Below, in pieces: positions 28,661-36,294 of a stretch of DNA of 58,897 nucleotides. The stretch covers positions 1-58,897 of IMG/VR virus record IMGVR_UViG_3300021376_000063, one strand, 5' to 3'. The number at the start of each line of letters is the position of its first letter. Position 1 is the first letter of the stretch. The stretch is from a virus. Its lineage: Duplodnaviria; Caudoviricetes. The notes under the pieces are model-generated. The model saw only the letters and a list, made by a program, of their open reading frames with translations. It was not told the origin of the DNA and did not search any database. The translations under genes and the position numbers were made by a program.

Positions 28661-28703
28661 GTTCCTCAGGTACCCTTTATTTAAATAGGATTTCTTCTTA
28701 GGT

Positions 28704-28711
28704 TATTTATA
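28704..28711 (-). promoter_or_regulatory. T4-type late promoter
   Basis: TATAAATA 43 nt upstream of the giant gene start. Confidence 0.75.
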
Positions 28712-28712
28712 C

Positions 28713-28743
28713 AAAAAAACCCTGGGGGAGACCCAGGGTTTTT
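28713..28743. terminator. Bidirectional intrinsic terminator downstream of tRNA-Thr
   Basis: A7-CCCTGGG-GGAGA-CCCAGGG-T5. Confidence 0.75.
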
Positions 28744-28762
28744 GCATCTTCCTTCACACGGA

Positions 28763-28834
28763 AGCCTAATGTCAGACTTGAACTGACGACCGCTCGCTTA
28801 CAAGGCGAGTGCTCTACCACTGAGCTAATCAGGC
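28763..28834 (-). tRNA. trnT: tRNA-Thr(UGU)
   Basis: GCCTGAT/ATTAGGC acceptor stem, TAGCTCAGTGGTAGAGC D arm, CTCGC-CTTGTAA-GCGAG anticodon arm, GTTCAAGT T loop; CCA not encoded. Confidence 0.95.
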
Positions 28835-28835
28835 A

Positions 28836-29102
28836 CTAGTCATCTTTAGGAAGTAGCTCTGGATTGTCTATTTCTACTTCAAACATCAGCGGATGCATTT
28901 CTTCCATTACAAGATAATTGGAAATTTTAAACAAATCTTCGTCATCATAATCACGATGATTTAATGCTTCTGTTTGTACAGCAGGGTGGTCTTGTATAAT
29001 CTGAGGTAATTCATCAAATGTATATGGAAGACCTTGGATGAAATACATCCTCACAACTTGTCCCATATAGAAACAATATGCTTGTGATAATGTGTATTTC
29101 AT
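28836..29102 (-). CDS. Hypothetical cyanophage protein between the tRNAs
   Basis: 88 aa, VRMYFIQGLPYTFDEL. Confidence 0.75.
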   Translation of the reverse strand: MKYTLSQAYCFYMGQVVRMYFIQGLPYTFDELPQIIQDHPAVQTEALNHRDYDDEDLFKISNYLVMEEMHPLMFEVEIDNPELLPKDD

Positions 29103-29134
29103 AACATTCCCACTACAATGTATTTAGCGGGAAA

Positions 29135-29218
29135 TAGGGCGAGGGAGACTTGAACTCCCACGGGCATAAGCCCAACAGATTTTAAGTCTGGTGTGTCTAC
29201 CGATTCCACCACCGCCCC
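29135..29218 (-). tRNA. trnL: tRNA-Leu(UAA)
   Basis: GGGGCGG/TCGCCCT acceptor stem, GGAATCGGTAGAC D arm, CAGA-CTTAAAA-TCTG anticodon arm, long variable arm GGGCTTATGCCC, GTTCAAGT T loop; no intron. Confidence 0.95.
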
Positions 29219-29224
29219 ATAAAA

Positions 29225-29404
29225 CTATCGACAAATAACAGTATCTGTCTTTAGCAGTTTTTTACACTTGTCAAGTAACTCACAAAACTCATTGATGGTA
29301 GAGCATTTAAAAACAACAGTGGTGTTGTCCACTCCATGAATGATTATCTTCTTATTATACAAGTCTGTGGTGATTTTGTCAATCACTTGCTCATTAGAAA
29401 TCAT
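29225..29404 (-). CDS. Small hypothetical protein (59 aa; not in ORF track)
   Basis: Hand-translated MISNEQVIDKITTDLYNKKIII..VICR*; ATGA overlap at 29401-29404. Confidence 0.6.
   Translation of the reverse strand: MISNEQVIDKITTDLYNKKIIIHGVDNTTVVFKCSTINEFCELLDKCKKLLKTDTVICR
29354..29382 (-). promoter_or_regulatory. Consensus sigma70 promoter upstream of tRNA-Leu
   Basis: Exact TTGACA-17 bp-TATAAT. Confidence 0.7.
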
Positions 29405-29631
29405 TTTTCTGCTAGACGAGGGAGAAAGAGATATCCAATTTCTTCACCATCATCAGCAGTGCCCCATTCATAAAACTCCTGACAAAGTGCATAAATGTCA
29501 GCATCACGATTACCCTCTTTATCAAGAGATTCAAAACGATTTTCTACATATTCAAGAATGGTTTCAATTGTATCTTGCACATCATCACATTCAATTTCTT
29601 GCACTTGACCGTCATCACCATAATTGAGCAT
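29401..29631 (-). CDS. Hypothetical acidic protein (76 aa)
   Basis: MLNYGDDG..; GAGGAG ribosome-binding site; promoter directly upstream. Confidence 0.7.
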   Translation of the reverse strand: MLNYGDDGQVQEIECDDVQDTIETILEYVENRFESLDKEGNRDADIYALCQEFYEWGTADDGEEIGYLFLPRLAEK

Positions 29632-29659
29632 TTGGAGTGTCTCCTCTGTGTATGTATGT

Positions 29660-29688
29660 AGTATAGCAAGGATGGAAGGGGTTGTCAA
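29660..29688 (-). promoter_or_regulatory. sigma70-like early promoter
   Basis: TTGACA-17 bp-TATACT with TGC extended -10. Confidence 0.8.
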
Positions 29689-29740
29689 GAGCCTTTAAGA
29701 ATCTCTTAGGGACTCAGCCCCTTCAACCGAGCACATCGTT

Positions 29741-29769
29741 ATTGTAGCAAGATGCTCTGGGTCTGTCAA
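29741..29769 (-). promoter_or_regulatory. sigma70-like early promoter
   Basis: TTGACA-17 bp-TACAAT with TGC extended -10. Confidence 0.75.
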
Positions 29770-29852
29770 GGGGTGGCTCGACTTTTTTTAGCAATTTTTT
29801 GCCGAGATTTTTTTTGCGACCTTTTGGTAATCAAAGGTCAATTTTGGATTTT

Positions 29853-31685
29853 TTAATTTAGTTTGATTGTACCACCACTGATGGTAATGTCACCTGGTGC
29901 AGTCATATCAATCTTACCCTGTGACTTGATTGTAATGTCACCTGGGCTTTCAATTTGGACTCCAGTTTGTGATTTACTTGCTACTAAACCAGTCACGTTA
30001 GCAATGTTTGCGCCAGTCACGTTAGCAGTGTTTGCTCCCGTAACATTAAACGTATTTGCTCCAATTACATTAAAAGTGTTTGCTCCAGTGATACTAGTAG
30101 TATTTGCGCCTGTAATTTTGGTCGTAACAGCTCCAGTTATATTTGTTGTTAGTGGACCAGTTACTTTCATTATTGCTCCAGCTGGATTGAAAGATAGGAA
30201 GTTTGTTGACGCTTGGGGAGTCATACCAATACCCATACCAACCTGAGTTTTACCTAGCATCGCAGATTGACCAGCAATGCTCCTCATAATTGCTCCTGGA
30301 CTTCCCCCACCATTTCCACCAGCACTGTATACAGCGACGATATCTGTTGCTTTTCCTGGGATACCGATTCCAACACCTGCTTGCAACCTAGCAAATAATC
30401 CCGCAGACCCCGTAGCGGATTCGCCAATAAAATCACCTTTGAAAGATTTTAAAATAATATCATTTGGTTTTCCAGTAAAAGTTGCTGCTGGATTTCCTGA
30501 TAAAATTCCAATCGAACCATTTTGTGTGTTGACGCCATAGTTGCCAATCTTCATTACGTTAGTTATGTAGTCTCCACTATCAACTTCTACTCTAAAGGCA
30601 GTTTTAGTGGGCACATTCTTTTTATTGACTGCAATTGCCAATGCTTCTAGTTGTGTAGCAGCCCAAAGTGGTGGTGTGCCTAGTCCTGTTAATCTAACTG
30701 GAGAATTTTGTGCTTCTATTCTCATTTTTTGACCAGAAGCAAGCAACACATTCCCACTTGCCGACAAATCTAAATCACCAGAAGTTTGAAAAGATGTAAT
30801 GCCATTAGAAGAACCAGTTTCTGCAAGATTCATGCCACCCGATTTTGCTTCGGTACTACTTGCAGTTTCTACCTTAGTTGTGGTATCATTAATAAACTTA
30901 GCTGCCTTAATAACAACCTCACCACCACCAGACACAGGTAATTCAAAACCAAATAATTTTCCAATAGAATTCGCTGCTTTAATTGCAGCAGTGTTTGCGC
31001 TAAATCCTGCTAGCAATGAAATAGCTCTGGTGCCATTCAATGTAATATTTTCTGATGCATTTAGTATAATATTTTTGCCAGAGAATGCTATGTCTCCACT
31101 CTCGCATGTAATATCAAGTCCACCGTTGTTAACGTTAATGGAAAATGCTGGATACTTTTTCTTCTCTACAGATTGACTCTGGGAAGAACTCATATCTCCA
31201 TCTTCATTATGCTTACCAGATTGATTGACATCTATCGATAGTGACGTGCCAACATTCAATCTCATGTTGCTTTGAGAAGTTATCTCAACCCTTCCATGGG
31301 TTAAGTCTTCTGCAACTGGACCAGCACCTCTAATCTTTACTGTGCCTTTTTCATCAACTAGAATTCCTGCTCCAGTGCTGCTCATTTTTCCAAATGAGCT
31401 GTCTCCATAGTTGTTTATTGCTGTCCATTCAGTGACATCATTATTAATTTTGACATCAGCAAATGGCGGCACTACACTAGTATTACAATCATCAAGTGGA
31501 GTAGCAGGTTTCGATACTTGTCCTGGATTATTGCCAGAATCTGACGCAACTCCTGAAGTTGTGCCAAGATTCTTTTCCATCTTGCTGGTGTCAAATGGTT
31601 TAGCATTTGGATCACCTGCTATTGGGGGAGATGATTGAGATAAGTAACTAGCAGCACTATTGCCTGCGGATGCACTGTTTGCCAT
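29853..31685 (-). CDS. Baseplate spike, gp5 C-terminal beta-helix-like protein
   Basis: Octapeptide (V/I)TGAN.. repeats; C-terminus GDITISGGTIKLN typical of spike ends; follows the gp5 N-terminal gene. Confidence 0.7.
   Translation of the reverse strand: MANSASAGNSAASYLSQSSPPIAGDPNAKPFDTSKMEKNLGTTSGVASDSGNNPGQVSKPATPLDDCNTSVVPPFADVKINNDVTEWTAINNYGDSSFGKMSSTGAGILVDEKGTVKIRGAGPVAEDLTHGRVEITSQSNMRLNVGTSLSIDVNQSGKHNEDGDMSSSQSQSVEKKKYPAFSINVNNGGLDITCESGDIAFSGKNIILNASENITLNGTRAISLLAGFSANTAAIKAANSIGKLFGFELPVSGGGEVVIKAAKFINDTTTKVETASSTEAKSGGMNLAETGSSNGITSFQTSGDLDLSASGNVLLASGQKMRIEAQNSPVRLTGLGTPPLWAATQLEALAIAVNKKNVPTKTAFRVEVDSGDYITNVMKIGNYGVNTQNGSIGILSGNPAATFTGKPNDIILKSFKGDFIGESATGSAGLFARLQAGVGIGIPGKATDIVAVYSAGGNGGGSPGAIMRSIAGQSAMLGKTQVGMGIGMTPQASTNFLSFNPAGAIMKVTGPLTTNITGAVTTKITGANTTSITGANTFNVIGANTFNVTGANTANVTGANIANVTGLVASKSQTGVQIESPGDITIKSQGKIDMTAPGDITISGGTIKLN
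29988..30165 (-). repeat. Degenerate 24-nt coding repeats (V/I-x-G octapeptides)
   Basis: VTGPLTTN ITGAVTTK ITGANTTS ITGANTFN VIGANTFN VTGANTAN VTGANIAN VTG. Confidence 0.8.
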
Positions 31686-31696
31686 TTATATTTCTC

Positions 31697-34663
31697 CTAC
31701 GGACAATCGATATACTCACCAACAGGTGTTGGACCAACAACCTCTGCGATTTCTCTGACTTCTTTCTTATCTAGACAAGCAATATTTGGTATTGCAATTG
31801 CTCCTAGACCAGTTGTTGTGGCAACAATTTTTACGCTGGGAATATCCTCATATGTTTTTGTTTTATCCTTCACGATAATATTTACCACAATACCATTTCG
31901 TATAACTGCTTCAGCGATATCCAACTCATCATTAATATAAACTAATGGCTCAGTATCATAACCAAAACCACCCTTAATCATAGTGAATCCACTAATAATA
32001 CAATCTAAATTTTCAGGTGGGTTTGGTGGGTATCCTCTACCTGGACGCAACACCTTAATTCTACTAACAAAACCATCATCATCCAACTCCGCAACAGCAG
32101 AAGCTCCAAATCCAAAACCATCGGACTGAATAAAAATAGAAGGCGGGTCTAAAAATGGAGTGCCATTATCGCAAATTGGTATATCTATTATCTGTCCTGT
32201 ATTAGATACAATAGGATCACAAGCAATTGGTGGTCTTGGTTCTTCTGGTGGTAGTGGGGGCGATAATTCCTTTTCAGTGCCTTCGATAACAAATTGAGTT
32301 GCTGCATATCCATTTCTCAATGCAGCAAAAACTAATTCTTTTTGGGAGAAACTGACTTCATCCGCTATTCTCACAATAGACCTTGCTCTGTTGTTTGACA
32401 CTGTAAAGGTACCAACCAAAGATTCTCCCACAATATCTGTTAACAATAAGTTTGGACTAAAAATATAATATTCTAGTTTGGTGCCGTTAGGAACGTTAGT
32501 AGTATTTAAAATAAAAGTAACGCTTTGACCAGGAGAAACTAAATTAGGATTAGCTACTAGTCTATATGTTTGATTTAATTGCTCAATAGCACTAGAAGAA
32601 GACTCATATGAAGCTTCAGCTGTTCCAGTTATATTAAAAGATGATGTGTTTGGTGTTAGTGATGTATTAGAATAAAAGAATCTAGAATTTCCATTTGATG
32701 CATCAAATGTAGAGTTATTAATGGAAGAATTGAAATCTAGATTGATAATAATATCGTAGAAATAATTATTGGGAGGTGATGTTGGTGTGACTGAATCTGG
32801 ATTAACTAAAATGTCAGCAGAATCTGACTCTACTGATAGAGGAATTGTATCGGTAGATCTTACTATACAACGATATGAATCAGTATCATCTTCTAAGGTT
32901 ATGGAAGAAACAGTATAACTACTACTAGTTGCAGCAGGTATGTTTTCCCATAGAGTAGAGTTTCCTGATGGCACATTAGCATCATACTTTTGCCACTGAT
33001 AACTGATTGGACTTCCATTAGAAGTAGAAGCAATTACAGTGAAGGTATGACTTTCGCCAATATTTTTTGTGACAGTTTCTGGGTCCAACAATATACTTAA
33101 AGTAGCAGTGGTTGTGATACCATCAATCGGTCCATCTGTCCCTCCCGTTGGAGTTGTGCCTCCTGAAGGTGTAGTTGGTTTTGGTATGCCACCAGTTATA
33201 ACAACATCTAATGGAGGTGTAGCAATTTCTGTTGCTTCTTTACAAACTCCAACGTTGGGTGAAGGTTTAGTAGTCCTCGCAATGTCTGCTAGAAGTCTAT
33301 CGAGAGCATCATCTTTTCTTCCTTTAGATGGCTTTGGACCTTCACCACAATCCTTGATGATTTTCTTACACTCTTTCGGTAAACCACTACAGGAGATGCC
33401 AAGAAATTCCATCACCGCACCGATAGATTTTCCAATAGCATCTAATGGTGCGGCAATGGCACCTAATATACTTTGCAATGGTCCCATGATAGCACTGACT
33501 GCATCACTCAAAAACTTCTGCAGTTGATTCATGATGTTTGATACTAGTGCATCAATAGCACAGAAAGCATCAGACCAAATTTTATCTACATATCCAAAGA
33601 TTAAATTTGTTAAGAAGTTAAGAATACGGTCATACAAATCTTCGATACTGCAACCAATCTTTGCTAGTTGATCTGTAAGAAACTTCTGTATTTTATCTAA
33701 GAGTTTTCTTGGTTTCTTTGGGTCATATGGTGGTTTAGAATCCTTTGGCTTTGCTTTATCTGATATGAGACTAAGCAAAGATTGAATTAAAAACTGCACT
33801 CCCTGCTTCAATAGGTTATATAATTCTCCCTTCAACCACCCATATCCTTGCATAATAACAGCGATTGCTTTGTTGATGTATCCAAAAACAAAACTCTTCG
33901 CATCGGATGCGTAACCAGTTATTTTACTGGTCAGCATACTACCAACACCGCCACCAGACTGAGAAATTATTTTAAATAACTCGGATAAAATAATTTCTAA
34001 TTTAGATGCCGTCTTTCCACTAGGACATTGTGCTTGCGAAATGATGGTGCATGTTTGTCCCGCAGGGTTTAGTGGACTTCCTAAACAACCAGGACCATAC
34101 TGTATAGAAGCTGGGTCGCCCAATCCACCATCTTGCTTACCCGAACCTGGAGGTTTCTGTGCTGTAGGGACGTATCCTTTCTTTACATTTTCAACTGCTT
34201 TCTTATTGTATGATGTGCCAATATAAGGGGAAGGCGCTACTCTGTCAGGAGCAAAATTAGTGAATGCTCTACAACCCTCTGGATTAGGTGAAGTGAATGT
34301 TTTATATGGTAGTTTGCTTGGCGACTCAGCATTAGCGATGGTGCCAATAGATCCTAAAATATATGGTTGCTGTGCCATAGCAGCATCCATATAAAATCCA
34401 ATTACCCAGTCACCTGGATATAATTTGGTGGTGGTGCTAGCAGCATTACTAAAAGGATCTGTTGTGGGAGCAACTGTATTTGCCCATGGCAAATCATCAG
34501 TCTTCTGTGCTTCACAAGACTGTAAATGGTGTCCAACAATTCTAACCTTATAACGGTTAGAAAGTTTATCATTATTGTCTCCCTTCTCTACTTGTCCTAC
34601 CCACCAGTGAAATCCATCTTTACCGACGAAATTAGTGGAAGTAGAGTAACTATCAAATGCCAT
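31697..34663 (-). CDS. gp5: Baseplate hub gp5 (N-terminal OB-fold part) with helical and Ig-like extensions
   Basis: FVGKDGFHWWVGQVE..RYKVRIVGHH..DDLPWA..GDWVIGFYMD..QQPYILG. Confidence 0.85.
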   Translation of the reverse strand: MAFDSYSTSTNFVGKDGFHWWVGQVEKGDNNDKLSNRYKVRIVGHHLQSCEAQKTDDLPWANTVAPTTDPFSNAASTTTKLYPGDWVIGFYMDAAMAQQPYILGSIGTIANAESPSKLPYKTFTSPNPEGCRAFTNFAPDRVAPSPYIGTSYNKKAVENVKKGYVPTAQKPPGSGKQDGGLGDPASIQYGPGCLGSPLNPAGQTCTIISQAQCPSGKTASKLEIILSELFKIISQSGGGVGSMLTSKITGYASDAKSFVFGYINKAIAVIMQGYGWLKGELYNLLKQGVQFLIQSLLSLISDKAKPKDSKPPYDPKKPRKLLDKIQKFLTDQLAKIGCSIEDLYDRILNFLTNLIFGYVDKIWSDAFCAIDALVSNIMNQLQKFLSDAVSAIMGPLQSILGAIAAPLDAIGKSIGAVMEFLGISCSGLPKECKKIIKDCGEGPKPSKGRKDDALDRLLADIARTTKPSPNVGVCKEATEIATPPLDVVITGGIPKPTTPSGGTTPTGGTDGPIDGITTTATLSILLDPETVTKNIGESHTFTVIASTSNGSPISYQWQKYDANVPSGNSTLWENIPAATSSSYTVSSITLEDDTDSYRCIVRSTDTIPLSVESDSADILVNPDSVTPTSPPNNYFYDIIINLDFNSSINNSTFDASNGNSRFFYSNTSLTPNTSSFNITGTAEASYESSSSAIEQLNQTYRLVANPNLVSPGQSVTFILNTTNVPNGTKLEYYIFSPNLLLTDIVGESLVGTFTVSNNRARSIVRIADEVSFSQKELVFAALRNGYAATQFVIEGTEKELSPPLPPEEPRPPIACDPIVSNTGQIIDIPICDNGTPFLDPPSIFIQSDGFGFGASAVAELDDDGFVSRIKVLRPGRGYPPNPPENLDCIISGFTMIKGGFGYDTEPLVYINDELDIAEAVIRNGIVVNIIVKDKTKTYEDIPSVKIVATTTGLGAIAIPNIACLDKKEVREIAEVVGPTPVGEYIDCP

Positions 34664-34665
34664 GA

Positions 34666-34878
34666 TTAAACTTCATAAATTCTGCACTCACTAGCATCTG
34701 GATTATCATTACAGTATAACTCTAGTGGTGATGGATCGCGGTCATCATTTGGATGTGACTGATGATATCTTTCTAAAGATTCTAACTCTTCTTCTGCGTG
34801 TCTTCTAGACTGAGATGATACCATTGGATCATCTAAAATTTTTCTATCGTGCTCAATATGTTTTTGAATGTTTTCCAT
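34666..34878 (-). CDS. cp12: Calvin-cycle regulator CP12
   Basis: PLELYCNDNPDASECRIYE C-terminal CP12 motif. Confidence 0.92.
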   Translation of the reverse strand: MENIQKHIEHDRKILDDPMVSSQSRRHAEEELESLERYHQSHPNDDRDPSPLELYCNDNPDASECRIYEV

Positions 34879-34879
34879 A

Positions 34880-36292
34880 TTACTTTACCTTACTTGCGGT
34901 GTTTTTTCTTCCGAATGAATCTCTAATCAAACTGACATTAGTAGTTCCAGTTAAAGATTGCGCTCCTTTTACCACAAAGTTATACCCAATATTTTTAATT
35001 AAATAATATCCGCTATGTTCTTCATCATATGGTTGTGTCTTTCTTATTTCTTCAGATGTCATATTAGGGAATAATAATTCCAACTTATCTCCAGCTCTTA
35101 TTGTGATGTTTGGAGGTATCGTAATATTTATCTGTTGATTTGAAGCTAATCGATATCTAGCATTTGATTGTGCTATAGAATATTTGTAGGTATCTTTAAA
35201 AGCAGAATTATCTTTTCCTGGTGTGTTTTTATCCTTATGAAATAACTCATTGTTAATCATCTGTGTCATGATACGTGTCGGATACTCAGATAATTCTTTC
35301 TGTCCTTGTGGTATTTTCTCAGCTGATCCCAGGTGAGACATTTGCTTATAAGTATCTTCTACTTTAAAAATTGTTTCCTCATATGAAGCAGTATTCACGT
35401 CAAAGAAAATACACATAGTAGAATAAATTCCTTCTCTTAATTGCTTCAGCACATCAATTTCATTCACAAAAGTATAATCAATAATTTTTAAATGGTTTTG
35501 ACTATCAGTTTTTCCATCGTTAGCATAAGCATAGGTATAAGTATACTTTGGTTTCTCTCCCCCATAATTATCTCCTTCACCAGTTGAAGCAATCTTATCT
35601 AATGATTTAAATACGAAAGCATCATAAGTTTCATAAAATAAATACCCAGCACTGCCACTTAGTTTAGATTTATTGTCTGATTTAATATCAGATTGAGTGA
35701 CTCCACTAGCACCGCTTCCTTTACCACTGGCACCACCACTAGCACCAGTTGGCGTGGATGCAGAAACTGTTACTGGTGCTAACTGATATATAAAATCAAA
35801 AGGTCTCTTCAAACTAGGCAAATATTTTTGTGGAAATTTAGCAGATTCAGTATCAATTTTCTTATCCACTTTCAAAAACTCTTTGAGAATTTTTTCAACA
35901 ATTTTGTCATTAGTTCCTTCCAAAACCTTTCCAATTCGTATGCCTTCATTTTGCATACCAGTATAACTGATGAGATTTAATTTATAAATTTGATTTCTAT
36001 TTGATACTGTACGTGTGTCAATGCCAGACACTACTAAATCATAGTTATATGTTTTGTCAGAAAATGTTTCTGTCTTCACTCTGATTGATACTCTTTCTCT
36101 TCCTTGAATTGGCATACTAGCCAAAATATTTTGTCCACTATCATTTAAGATGATAGACCCTAGTATATAAGGATTGTTAATGCTTTCAAATATAGAAAAT
36201 TCCATCACCAAATCAGTGATGTTGTAAGACTTATTGGAGACACTAGTAATACTGACTCCTTCTAAAGTATACTGTCTTGCTGTGTCTGCCAT
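34880..36292 (-). CDS. Baseplate hub protein (gp27-like)
   Basis: IFESI..PY..G.I.L.DSG; YLFYETYDAFVFKSLD; RAGD..SGYYLIK..RDSFG; positioned upstream of gp5. Confidence 0.6.
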   Translation of the reverse strand: MADTARQYTLEGVSITSVSNKSYNITDLVMEFSIFESINNPYILGSIILNDSGQNILASMPIQGRERVSIRVKTETFSDKTYNYDLVVSGIDTRTVSNRNQIYKLNLISYTGMQNEGIRIGKVLEGTNDKIVEKILKEFLKVDKKIDTESAKFPQKYLPSLKRPFDFIYQLAPVTVSASTPTGASGGASGKGSGASGVTQSDIKSDNKSKLSGSAGYLFYETYDAFVFKSLDKIASTGEGDNYGGEKPKYTYTYAYANDGKTDSQNHLKIIDYTFVNEIDVLKQLREGIYSTMCIFFDVNTASYEETIFKVEDTYKQMSHLGSAEKIPQGQKELSEYPTRIMTQMINNELFHKDKNTPGKDNSAFKDTYKYSIAQSNARYRLASNQQINITIPPNITIRAGDKLELLFPNMTSEEIRKTQPYDEEHSGYYLIKNIGYNFVVKGAQSLTGTTNVSLIRDSFGRKNTASKVK

Positions 36293-36294
36293 GG

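Noticed and set aside
29135-29218. Group I intron in tRNA-Leu(UAA), as found in cyanobacteria
   Set aside because: Anticodon loop is contiguous and the gene is 84 nt
29250-29274. TTGACA near tRNA-Leu as an additional promoter
   Set aside because: No acceptable -10 hexamer at 16-18 nt spacing
29988-30165. 24-nt periodic repeats considered as a CRISPR array or VNTR
   Set aside because: Degenerate, in-frame, without spacers; explained by the spike beta-helix octapeptides
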